Below are positions 41,043 through 50,668 of a stretch of DNA of 64,000 bases, in pieces. The stretch comes from Candidatus Obscuribacterales bacterium. GTDB taxonomy: Bacteria; Cyanobacteriota; Vampirovibrionia; Obscuribacterales; Obscuribacteraceae. Every line of letters starts with the position of its first letter. The first letter of the stretch is position 1. The notes below the pieces were generated by a model that was not told the DNA's origin, searched no databases, and worked only from the letters and a program-made list of their open reading frames with translations. The stretch lies in assembly GCA_965228855.1 (NCBI GenBank), contig CBDDIJ010000003.1, forward strand, positions 1,120,001 through 1,184,000. The letters are read 5' to 3'. The translations under genes and the position numbers were made by a program.

Positions 41043-41876
41043 ATGAAACGTTTGCACAAAACATTGATGGTTGCGATATTCGCAGGAGTCTGCGCAGGCA
41101 CGCTACCCGCCCTTGCAGTAACTGATTTTGAACGCGGGAATGACTTGTACGCGAAGGGGCAGTACAGAGCAGCTGTCGACGCATATGTCGATGCGATCTG
41201 CGCAACACCGAAGTCCTATATTCCGCACTACCAGCTGGGCAACACGTACATGAAGCTGGGACGATTACAGGAAGCTCAAACCGAGTACGAAATGTGCCTT
41301 GAGATGTATCCTGACGCGAAGACGAAAGCTAATACGAGAAAGGCTCTTGCTTATATCACAGGTTCTCCTCGGGGAAACGCTGCCGTGTCGCCGTCTGCTG
41401 AGGACAACGCGGTCAGACTCGACCAAGATTTGGCTTCGGCTGCTGAGAAAATGCTTCAAGCTGATAACAAGAGAATCGAGCAAAAGCGTCAGGCAATCGA
41501 AAAAGCTGGTGAGAAGCAGTCCGAACAGATCAAGGCAAGCGTTAAGACTCAAATTGAGCAGCTACGGGCAGTTGCTCCCGCCTACAGAATTGATTACGAA
41601 AAGAACGACCGAGTCGGATACGTGCCGGTTGAGGTCGAACGTGCTCTGAGCGAACGAGCCGAGGCGAATGCCAAGAAAGCGATCGAGATGGCAAATGAGA
41701 AGGCCAAAAGTCTTCCGGAGTCTAACGCAGCTGATACCGCAGATGGTTTGAGAAGCCAGATCTACAATCGCGGCAATTCGAACGTTAGATTGAGCCCCGT
41801 AGGCACGAATGTCTATGTCCGTAACTATCAAACTGGCGGTGGAAAAGTTGCCGACACCGGCAACAGTACGAAGTAA
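41043..41876 (+). CDS. Secreted TPR protein
   Basis: Signal peptide; GNDLYAKGQY..HYQLGNTY TPR pair followed by a coiled region. Confidence 0.78.
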   Translation: MKRLHKTLMVAIFAGVCAGTLPALAVTDFERGNDLYAKGQYRAAVDAYVDAICATPKSYIPHYQLGNTYMKLGRLQEAQTEYEMCLEMYPDAKTKANTRKALAYITGSPRGNAAVSPSAEDNAVRLDQDLASAAEKMLQADNKRIEQKRQAIEKAGEKQSEQIKASVKTQIEQLRAVAPAYRIDYEKNDRVGYVPVEVERALSERAEANAKKAIEMANEKAKSLPESNAADTADGLRSQIYNRGNSNVRLSPVGTNVYVRNYQTGGGKVADTGNSTK

Positions 41877-41903
41877 TCATCGCTTCTGATTGTGAGAGCA
41901 TTC

Positions 41904-41932
41904 AACGGCACCAGATCTGGTGCCGTTTTTTT
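41904..41932 (+). terminator. Intrinsic terminator
   Basis: Perfect palindrome AACGGCACCAGATCTGGTGCCGTT followed by a T run. Confidence 0.8.
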
Positions 41933-42034
41933 CGGAACAAGTTGAAGGTGGTTTTAGTTACTCTCTGATAACGACGGGTGATTAAGTCGCGCAAAATTCG
42001 TGGAGTTGAGCAGGCTCCGTATTCATTTGGGTTG

Positions 42035-42520
42035 TCAGTCCAACGCTTCCATGATGTCCTTGACTGTCGCGTTTAACGATTGCCCGGCATCAACGACAAT
42101 GGCATTGTGGGGCTCTTCGAGCGTCTGGAACTGACTTTTCAGCAGCGATGGGTTCATAAATTCATGGCGTCGATGCGCGAGCCGCTTTTCCAAAATCGCG
42201 GGTGAGACCTTCAGGTACACAAAGATTGGTTTGGGACCCTCAATACCCCCGAGGATTTCGCGGTAAGCCTCTTTCAAGGCTGAACATGCTAGAACTAGAC
42301 TTGTACCGGCTTGTCTATGGGATGTTATCAATTCTGCCAGAGATTGCAGCCATGGCTGCCGGTCCTCATCTGTCAGGGGAATTCCGGAATGCATTTTTGC
42401 TTTGTTGTCAGCAGAGTGAAAGTCGTCAGCATCGATGAAGTCGCACAACAGACGCTGAGCGAGTCTTTTCCCTACCGAGGTTTTGCCGCTCCCCGAAACG
42501 CCCATCACAACGATGATCAC
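42035..42520 (-). CDS. gntK: Gluconokinase
   Basis: MGVSGSGKT, DADDFH..NKAKM..GIPLTDEDRQPWL, LACSALK, LLKSQFQTLEEP. Confidence 0.92.
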   Translation of the reverse strand: MIIVVMGVSGSGKTSVGKRLAQRLLCDFIDADDFHSADNKAKMHSGIPLTDEDRQPWLQSLAELITSHRQAGTSLVLACSALKEAYREILGGIEGPKPIFVYLKVSPAILEKRLAHRRHEFMNPSLLKSQFQTLEEPHNAIVVDAGQSLNATVKDIMEALD

Positions 42521-42670
42521 GCTATTTCCTGCTGATCGACGATCTATGCTTCAATGATACACAATTAGGTTTAATCTCTTACAGGGCGAGGGTAAGAAGT
42601 AATCTAAGTGGACTGTGGAACCCGGTGCGACGGTAAGGCACCAAATACGATATCAAGCCCGGAGATTGAA

Positions 42671-44218
42671 ATGAGCAAAACTGACCTGAGTACCAAAAGG
42701 TTGTCGGCAGCCTTCCTGACTGGGCTGCTCATGCTAAACACAGTAAATCCAGGCTTCTGCGAGACGCCCACAGGGGAGAAGACCTCAGGCGGAAAAGCCA
42801 CTTCAAGTAAGAGCGCTCCGGTTTCTCCTTCGGATAAAACGCCGGAAGGGGATTCTCGCTCGGCATCCGACACCGTGTGGTCTATTGATAGTAAGGTCGA
42901 AAAGAAGCTTGAGGAGCAGCAAGAGAGTCCCGGCGACACTGGTGAACCCAAGCTGCCGTCGGTCGATTCAATCCTGGATTCACTCAAAGAGGGCGCTCAG
43001 CAGTCGAAATCCGGAAGTCCTCCGGTAGAGTCAGGCAAACCGGATCCCACGAAAAACCTGGGACCGACGCCTGTGGACCCGGAAACCGTTTTAATGAAAG
43101 GCGGAGAAAAACTACCGGTGACGGGCAGTACTGCCACCGTCGCCCCGGCCAGCCAGGCACCGGCAGCTGACAAGACTCCGGCCTCATCGAAGTCGGCTGC
43201 GCCGAATCTTGGTTCGGGCAAGGGTACAACTAAGCTCTTTGGACGTATCGAACAGATTGCCGCAGAGGGCGATTTGAAAATGCCGCAGCTACAGATGCAA
43301 AAACCATCGCTCGATTCACGTGGCAAGCTTCTTGCGGGCGAGGCGGAGAAATATTCCGGTTCGATTGCAAAATCCTTTCCGACTGATTTCCGTGGCGTAT
43401 GGGGTGGGAATCTTCAAATCTGGAGCTATCGCTATACCCCTGAGTATCTGACAATTGACCGAGCTGAAGCGGTGAGCTCCGCCAATGTCTTGAAACCGCA
43501 ACGCTCCGGGGCGGTTAATTTCAACTTCTATTCGGACCCGAAAACCGGCGGTATAGCTCTGGAGCCAGCCAATGTTCTTCTGTCCGTGCCCATGAAAGAC
43601 ACAAATTCATTCAACCAGATGATGAATGGAATGCAAGGGCAGATGGGCGGTTTTGCCAGTATGTTCAATCAAATGGCAGGCAATATGGAGGCGCCGGTGG
43701 TTGCAATACACTTCGGCAAAGCCGAGGCTAACAGTATGGAGCGGGGAATTTCCGGCAATGACTTCAAGCAAGTTGTCGCCAAGAACGTTATTCGGGATCT
43801 CGGTCCGGGTGTTCTCGAGCAGCAGATCGTAACGCGCTATACGTCGAAAACCCAAGCGGGTAAAGTTCATTCTGGCTACGATGAAAGTGTGATGCGTTTT
43901 ACCAAGTTGCCATCCGGACAGTTGTATGTTCTCTGTGCTGCGGTCAAATACAGCAACACCGGAAAGTATTTGAGCAAGCTCATCATGTACGGCAATGTGG
44001 ATAAGGGGCGGCGAATGCAGACCAATCCGTATGCGCAGATGAACTCAATGATGGGTGGCATGATGAACATGGGTGAGATGCAGAAAATGATGGGCGGTGC
44101 TGCTCAAAAAGGCGGAACTATTCAAGTGCCTAACGGCGGCTTCGGCGGAATGCCTGGATTCGGCGGGGCTGGTGGAATGAATGACATTTTGAAACAGCTG
44201 AATCAGCTTCAAAAGTGA
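42671..44218 (+). CDS. Secreted hypothetical protein with low-complexity N-terminus and Met/Gly-rich segments
   Basis: GGAG RBS, signal peptide, long ORF. Confidence 0.7.
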   Translation: MSKTDLSTKRLSAAFLTGLLMLNTVNPGFCETPTGEKTSGGKATSSKSAPVSPSDKTPEGDSRSASDTVWSIDSKVEKKLEEQQESPGDTGEPKLPSVDSILDSLKEGAQQSKSGSPPVESGKPDPTKNLGPTPVDPETVLMKGGEKLPVTGSTATVAPASQAPAADKTPASSKSAAPNLGSGKGTTKLFGRIEQIAAEGDLKMPQLQMQKPSLDSRGKLLAGEAEKYSGSIAKSFPTDFRGVWGGNLQIWSYRYTPEYLTIDRAEAVSSANVLKPQRSGAVNFNFYSDPKTGGIALEPANVLLSVPMKDTNSFNQMMNGMQGQMGGFASMFNQMAGNMEAPVVAIHFGKAEANSMERGISGNDFKQVVAKNVIRDLGPGVLEQQIVTRYTSKTQAGKVHSGYDESVMRFTKLPSGQLYVLCAAVKYSNTGKYLSKLIMYGNVDKGRRMQTNPYAQMNSMMGGMMNMGEMQKMMGGAAQKGGTIQVPNGGFGGMPGFGGAGGMNDILKQLNQLQK

Positions 44219-44280
44219 GCCTTTAATCAGAACGAGTTAAAATCTGAAATCGAAAGGGCAGCCATCGGCTGTAGTGAGAC

Positions 44281-44799
44281 ATGAACGTAGAAAAATTGGC
44301 AGAAATAGTTGACGAGATGATTGTTCAACATGATTATCCGGGCTTTGAACCTCGGGCATTGAAGCTCGGTTTGCCGGATTCGGTTACGAAAGCGCCTGCA
44401 AAAGTTTTCTCTCAAGCGTTCGGACATGAAAACGTTTATGTTCGATTAGCCGCATTGAGGTGGTTTCAAGAGCGACCAGGCATGGCGAGACCGGCGATGA
44501 AAGCGGTTATGGGTCTTTATGAAGATGTAGATCCGTTTGTGCGCCTGGAAGCATTGCGTTTGAGTGAACGTTATACAGAACCAACAGAAGAGATGGCTGT
44601 GCGCGCCTCGAAGTTGCTGGAAGACGAAGATGTCGAAGTGCAAAGAACCGCAGCCAGAGCTTGTGGGAAGATTTGCAAAAAACTAAAGATCAAAGACGCA
44701 ACAGTTGTTGACAGATTGCAAAAGGCCGCTTCTGCTCCTGACTCGATGTTGAGAGGCAAGGCGGAGAAAGCGCTTAGAGTAATGGGCATGTACGACTGA
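44281..44799 (+). CDS. HEAT repeat protein
   Basis: NVYVRLAAL, DPFVRLEAL, DVEVQRTAA, DSMLRGKA repeats. Confidence 0.8.
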   Translation: MNVEKLAEIVDEMIVQHDYPGFEPRALKLGLPDSVTKAPAKVFSQAFGHENVYVRLAALRWFQERPGMARPAMKAVMGLYEDVDPFVRLEALRLSERYTEPTEEMAVRASKLLEDEDVEVQRTAARACGKICKKLKIKDATVVDRLQKAASAPDSMLRGKAEKALRVMGMYD

Positions 44800-44819
44800 T
44801 TGGTTAATTTGTGTTTTTC

Positions 44820-45257
44820 CTAATCAGCAACAGAAGTCTTCGCGATCACGCACAGAGGCATGCTGCCTAACCGTTCGTTGAAACGGTGTTCGTTTGCCAA
44901 TCTTCCGAAGAAGTCATGTTCGTAGTACTGCTCGAGGAAATTCCAATCGTAGGCGATTGTCTTTAAGAGCTCTTTGAAAACCGGCTGCATATCTGCCACC
45001 AGCTGTTCAAGTTCTTTCTGAACACTTTGCTCAATATCAAAAGCATTCGACTTGATTATCATTTGCGAGCGCGTGACGTAATCGAGGATATTGATGATCA
45101 AGTCGTTGGAGTAAGTTTTGATCATCTTTTCTTCGAGCGTTATACGTTTTCCTTCTAACGCCGCGAAGCAGTTTTGAATGTCCGACGCTACAGAGAGCAG
45201 GTTGGCAAGGCAGACAAACATGTCGGCATTTAAATTGTCATTGGTCTCATTTGTCAT
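44820..45257 (-). CDS. Hypothetical protein
   Basis: 145-aa helical ORF filling the gap. Confidence 0.6.
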   Translation of the reverse strand: MTNETNDNLNADMFVCLANLLSVASDIQNCFAALEGKRITLEEKMIKTYSNDLIINILDYVTRSQMIIKSNAFDIEQSVQKELEQLVADMQPVFKELLKTIAYDWNFLEQYYEHDFFGRLANEHRFNERLGSMPLCVIAKTSVAD

Positions 45258-45637
45258 TTCTGTGCTCGTGGCTTAGCGGAGAAGGCTAACAGTATTTAAA
45301 TCGCCTGGAGGGCTTTATAGAGGGCTCTGGCGCATGACTATTGAACGACATTGCGTGCGTATTGTCGACTGCATTTTTCTCACATGGGTTCGCCTTCCAG
45401 TCTTGAAACTGCCTGCAATAGCAGCCGGGCTGAGATTGAATGAGCAATTAAAGCTCAAATCCGCTCCCTTGTTAGAGAGCGGATTCTGCTGGTTCAGTCG
45501 ATTGTGTTTCCTTGAATCGGCGCCGCAAGTATTTCGGATGCTGCTCAGTCTTTTGGACTATCGAATATGTGCCGAGAGAGAAAACTCTTTTAGATTCTAA
45601 ATGCCTTGACAGGAGATTTTTTTCGCAAATCGCAAGA

Positions 45638-45850
45638 TTAGGAGAGAGTATGTGTCAAAGGTTTTGTAGTTTCCGAGACTTCCATTGTGGATACCGATAG
45701 TTGCGCACCTTGAGTTCTTCTGAAATTGTCGAGATACCGTCTTAGGGCTTCTCTAATCAAGTCTGAACGAGTTCTGTGTTCGCATTTTGCAATATGGTCT
45801 ACTTGTTCGAGCATCGCAGGCGGCAACGCTATCAGTACTTTCTTGGGCAT
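45638..45850 (-). CDS. CopG/ribbon-helix-helix DNA-binding protein
   Basis: KKVLIALPPAMLEQVD..RSDLIREALRRYL RHH pattern; GAGGA RBS; GTG 45856 is an alternative start. Confidence 0.85.
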   Translation of the reverse strand: MPKKVLIALPPAMLEQVDHIAKCEHRTRSDLIREALRRYLDNFRRTQGAQLSVSTMEVSETTKPLTHTLS

Positions 45851-47185
45851 AGGCACATCCTCACTTATTTAAAAAAGACACAGGGATCTATTGAGCCGCT
45901 GTCGATTTCTCTCATCGGCTCAAAACTTTTTCACGGCTCTTAACAAAGAGTAACCGCGACGTCGGTGGAATGGGATCGATCAACCACCGTTCGAATGCAT
46001 ATCAATTTACACTGCAATTTCGATATCGTAAAGGTCCAAAAGAGGCATAAATGCTCAATTTAAGCCGAAACGAGATGAAAGGTTTTTTTGAAATTCCGAA
46101 AAGCAATAACAGTAAGACTCTGACGAAAAGCGGGGTTCTAAGTAAGACAAATATATACGTAGTTATAGCTGTATTTGACATACACAGGCACTTGCAAAAC
46201 GCTGGAAGTGTGATACACGCTGCTACTGGTAATCGTATGTGGTGGCTTAGGAGTTAATGATTTTTGCCTGCTTTGCGAACACGTAAAACGCTGCTTGTCA
46301 TGCCGCCTGGCGCGAAATCCGTCATCAGATCGGCGGTTTCAATCGCATATCCGAAAGACCGCTTGTAGTAGATTGGACCGACATAACCGTACGTAAATCA
46401 TTGTCCTCTGTGTGTTTCCGCTTTTACGATTCGCTCCGTAGGCTGCAATCGATGAACGGCTATGTCATTGCGAGATTGGCTTAGAGCGTCAATCAATATA
46501 GATCTGGCAGAGTTCTGTGACGGCATCCGTACGTAGTATCGGATATGGTGCCTGCTCTCTGTTTAATAAATGCGATGTGCATGGCTATTTTTCCAGTTCG
46601 AGAAATCTATCGGAGTATGAAGAATGTGTCGAGTGCTGGAAAGTGTTGCTCCAACAGCGTTGACGGGTTTGTGTTTTTGAATGTTGCTAACTCCCGAAAC
46701 TGTCACCGTTAATATGAGAGTGAATTTTGTCACGATTGGTTTACAAACGCATTTTCCTGATTGCACCTTTTAAAAATACTGCTGAGCGATTTGCTACAAG
46801 CCGGAAACCGCGTGATAACTTGTTCTCTGCAAGCGTGCTTTTGTGAATGCATGAACGGTTATCAATGACGATGAAAAAGAAACGCTTAAGTACTGAGTTC
46901 TATCGAATCGTTGTTTTTAGCTGTGGGAGGCGTTAGATTCATAGGATAGAATTTGCCGGTTGGCGAGTGCGTTGCGATGAGTAGCGTGCAAGAAAAACTT
47001 CCTTGCTTCCTTATATATGTATGCGGGATGGATGGAAAACGCCCTCTATATCAAGAGAATGCAACTACGGTCTCAAAGCGAAATTAAGTTCTACATTCGA
47101 ACATACGACTGTAATCATTAGTTCATCCCAATTTTTTTGAGATTCGCATTCATATATTAGGAACACAAATTGAGAAAACGAACAT

Positions 47186-47953
47186 ATGATTCTTGCTACC
47201 TGGAATGTCAATTCAATATCCGTGCGGATTTCGCAGGTAGTAAGCTGGCTTCAACTGCATCAGCCGGACGTGCTTTGCATACAAGAATCTAAAGTTGAAG
47301 ATTCGAAATTTCCGATTGACAGCTTTCGCGCCATCGGCTATGACGCGCAGTTTCACGGGCAGAAGAGCTACAACGGTGTTGCAATTATCTCTAAACACCA
47401 GATAACGGACGTTGAAAAACGATTTCGTGATACGCCTGAACAAGACCAGGCCAGGTTTATAAGAGGAACTGTCGGAGACACTGTCATCCTTAATGCTTAC
47501 GTGCCCAACGGAAGCTTGGTCGGGTGTGATAAGTATGCATACAAGCTTGAATGGCTCAAGACCTTTCGAGAGTATTTAGATAAGAATCTTTCACCTGCTG
47601 CCAGCGTCTTGCTGTGCGGCGACTTCAACGTCGCTCCTGAAGATCGGGATGTATACAACCCAGATCGAGTTCGCGGCCAAATTCTGGTTAGCGAGCAGGA
47701 ACGTGAATCACTGGCAGTCGTTCGAAACTGGGGATTCATCGACTCCTTCAGATTGCACGAACAAGATCCCGGTCATCACACATGGTGGGATTATCGCGTT
47801 TTAGGATTTAAACGGAAGATGGGATTCCGAATCGATCATATCTATGTAAGTGAATCGCTAGCTCAGAAATGTAAGCGCGTATGGATTGACATCGAGCCTC
47901 GTAAGGCGGACAAACCATCGGACCACACACCCGTTATAGGTGAATTCGTATAG
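47186..47953 (+). CDS. xth: Exodeoxyribonuclease III
   Basis: TWNVNS, CIQESK, YNGVAI, YVPNG, GDFNVAP, WWDYR, RIDH, SDHTP. Confidence 0.95.
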   Translation: MILATWNVNSISVRISQVVSWLQLHQPDVLCIQESKVEDSKFPIDSFRAIGYDAQFHGQKSYNGVAIISKHQITDVEKRFRDTPEQDQARFIRGTVGDTVILNAYVPNGSLVGCDKYAYKLEWLKTFREYLDKNLSPAASVLLCGDFNVAPEDRDVYNPDRVRGQILVSEQERESLAVVRNWGFIDSFRLHEQDPGHHTWWDYRVLGFKRKMGFRIDHIYVSESLAQKCKRVWIDIEPRKADKPSDHTPVIGEFV

Positions 47954-48111
47954 TCGACAATTATTTTGCTGTCTCGCTGATCTTATGCGGGCTCTCAGGT
48001 GAGTTCGTATAAATGTCAAAGGCGTCGAATAACATTAAGGCACCGTATACGGTGCCGAGCACTAGATCTCTTTGAGGTATCAGACTGACCGGTCAATTCT
48101 GGCGGTTTCAA

Positions 48112-48158
48112 TTAGAAGGGACCTTACAAGAGCTGTAAGGTCCCTTCTAACGTTTTTT
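48112..48158. terminator. Strong hairpin between convergent xth and acyl-CoA dehydrogenase genes
   Basis: 17-bp perfect stem TTAGAAGGGACCTTACA / TGTAAGGTCCCTTCTAA, 5-nt loop, T-tract on + strand. Confidence 0.8.
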
Positions 48159-48168
48159 CAGTTCAGGA

Positions 48169-50127
48169 CTAAGAGCCTGCTTTTACGGGTTCTTTCTTCG
48201 GCGCGCTGACCTTTTCATAACCCATCATTATGTCGGCTGGTTCGATGCCTTCGATGGCTTTGAATTCGCCTGCGACGATCAAGTCTGCCAGCTTAGAGCA
48301 ATCCTTGAAGTATTGGTCGCTCGGACGCTCGCCTGTGAGCTTGCGGGTCAGGTCCTGACAGAGAATGTCAGCTGCTTTGATCATCACCTTGTCTCCCTGA
48401 TTGTGAGCCCACAAGGCGGTGACAAGCATGATGATCGCATCCTGGACGCGCTGCGACATCTCAGCGATGCGGCATTGTCTGTCCGGCAATTTCAGCTGGT
48501 GTTTGACCATATTTTCGCTCAGTTCAGATGGCGACTGGTGCAATTGTTCCATCGCAAAGTTGATGTGATTATTGAGGCTTTCGTCCATGCCATCAATGTT
48601 GCGACTGTCCTTGGCTGAGAGCATCTGACCGAGATACCAGTTTGCATAATTCCACAGTTCGCCTTTCAGCGCCCAGGCATGCGATGGATTTGCCGGATTA
48701 AAGTCTCTTATTTGATGCTTGTGCAGCGCTATACCGATAGGCTCGAAGTACTTGCTTCCATGTTGTTTTGCCAGCGATTTGAAAAACGCCATTCCAAGCA
48801 TTTCGCCTTCGCCTTCATAGATACATGGCGCCAGGAAGTCATGCACGTTGTCGCCGAAAATATGACCGGAGATGAAACTGCGGCCTCCGTGCGTTTTCAT
48901 GAACAGCTCAATGGCGCATTCCTTCTCGGCTTCACTGCCGAAGATTTTCGCGATAATGCATTCGAGTTCACCGCGATACCCCTGGTCAAGCAACCAGGAT
49001 CCCCAAGCCACAAGCGCATCGGCACCGGCGATCAGCGCGGCAGCTCGGGCTATTCGGCGTTTGACCAGTTCGCGTGTTTCGATTGCTTTGCCATAAGTCT
49101 CTCTGAATTTAGCCCAGGGGAGCATATTGGCAAGCATGAGTCTCATGACGCCGGAAGCCGTTGCGCAAAGCGCCAGACGACCCATGTTCAGTCCGTGATA
49201 TGCAACCGTCAGACCGTCGCCTTTCGTGACGTTTAACAGATTTTCTTTGGGAACTTTGAAATTCTTGAATACAAGACCGACGTTGTGAGCGTGTTTCAGC
49301 GCATGCAAACCGTAAGTCTTAATCTGGAAATTCTCGTTTTGTTCTTTTGGCAGGTCTGCAATTATCGCTGAAGGCTTGCCGTTCACCAGGCATACGATAC
49401 CAACTGTACGTCCTTCTTGCGCATTGGTGATAAACAGCTTTTCACCGTTGATTACATAATGATCGCCCTCGAGAACTGCGGTAGTTCTCAGTGCGGTCAA
49501 GTCGGAACCGGCGTTTGGCTCGGTGAGCGCAAAGGCGGAGAGGGTCTCACCGCTTGCCAATTTCGGCAAGAATTTTTCCTTTTGCTTATCGCTGCCGAAG
49601 TAGTTCACCGGGTCGACTGCACCGATGCAACCATGAACAGAAGCGAGACCGGCTGCGGTTGGTTCAATAGTGGCAACCTTGGTCAGGAAAGTCATGAATG
49701 GACGAACCGCTACTCCGGATCCGCCGAATTTTTTGTCGATGAGCAAGCCCCAGTAGCCGGCTTCGGCAAGTTCGTTCAAGAGTTTGTCTGACAACTTGCC
49801 TTTGGCGTCATATTGTCGACTCTCTCTTCTTGCGGCGCGCAAAACCGCGAGCGACTTTTCCATTGCCGGTATTGAAACGCTCGCCACATCAAGTTTTGGT
49901 GTCGAGAACAGCTCGATCGGCACATTATTGTCCCAGACAGCTTTGTGAATGGGGCTGTTGACTGTTTTATATTTGTCAGCGAACAGGGCTTCGACTTCAT
50001 CGTCTGCACGGTCGACTGCGCCTGTGCGTTTGGCTTCGTCTTCGCTTTTGCCGCCAAGGCGCAGTGCTGTTTCTGCAAAACTGACATCGTTGTTTTTGGG
50101 ATCGTTATCAGGCATCTTTCCATCCAA
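48169..50127 (-). CDS. Acyl-CoA dehydrogenase (long, FadE-like)
   Basis: AFALTEPNAGSD, INGEKLFITN, HGGRSF, IYEGEGE. Confidence 0.9.
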   Translation of the reverse strand: MDGKMPDNDPKNNDVSFAETALRLGGKSEDEAKRTGAVDRADDEVEALFADKYKTVNSPIHKAVWDNNVPIELFSTPKLDVASVSIPAMEKSLAVLRAARRESRQYDAKGKLSDKLLNELAEAGYWGLLIDKKFGGSGVAVRPFMTFLTKVATIEPTAAGLASVHGCIGAVDPVNYFGSDKQKEKFLPKLASGETLSAFALTEPNAGSDLTALRTTAVLEGDHYVINGEKLFITNAQEGRTVGIVCLVNGKPSAIIADLPKEQNENFQIKTYGLHALKHAHNVGLVFKNFKVPKENLLNVTKGDGLTVAYHGLNMGRLALCATASGVMRLMLANMLPWAKFRETYGKAIETRELVKRRIARAAALIAGADALVAWGSWLLDQGYRGELECIIAKIFGSEAEKECAIELFMKTHGGRSFISGHIFGDNVHDFLAPCIYEGEGEMLGMAFFKSLAKQHGSKYFEPIGIALHKHQIRDFNPANPSHAWALKGELWNYANWYLGQMLSAKDSRNIDGMDESLNNHINFAMEQLHQSPSELSENMVKHQLKLPDRQCRIAEMSQRVQDAIIMLVTALWAHNQGDKVMIKAADILCQDLTRKLTGERPSDQYFKDCSKLADLIVAGEFKAIEGIEPADIMMGYEKVSAPKKEPVKAGS

Positions 50128-50668
50128 CTACTAACTATCGACATGTAAGTAATTTTTGCACAAGCGGGGCTTGAAAGCGTGAATAGCCTCATTTTTTTGG
50201 GTTTTCAGCATGCAATAATTAGCAACTTGTAATACTTTCGCCAATTCTGTGCTGTGCGCTCGAATTTCGAGGCATCTGCGTCACTCTCCGTTCTCCGCCG
50301 AGCCATGAGCCCGAGCCCGAGTCTGAGTCCCGAGCCTGAAACGACTTACGGTCACTGATGGGCCTGGGCATCAGCGGGAGCTCTTATGGTTTCTTCTAGA
50401 AATAGTAGATATTGGGGCGCCGAGTTTGCGCCTGAATTTTCTGGGGAGCGCTCGAAAGGCTTGTAGGTAGAACTTCGGCTAACTCTCCCCCGGGATATCC
50501 GGCGGTTGAAACCGACCGACACGTCGGTGTGAGGTCCTAAAATTGTTACCCTGCAATGTTTTTCTGCGAATTCTAGCGGGGATAGAAATATCCCTAAGAG
50601 CGGCAAAGTCCTTGGCTAATTACGTTGCTGATTATGTTGCTGATTAAGGGGCGGGTTCGATCGATCAG

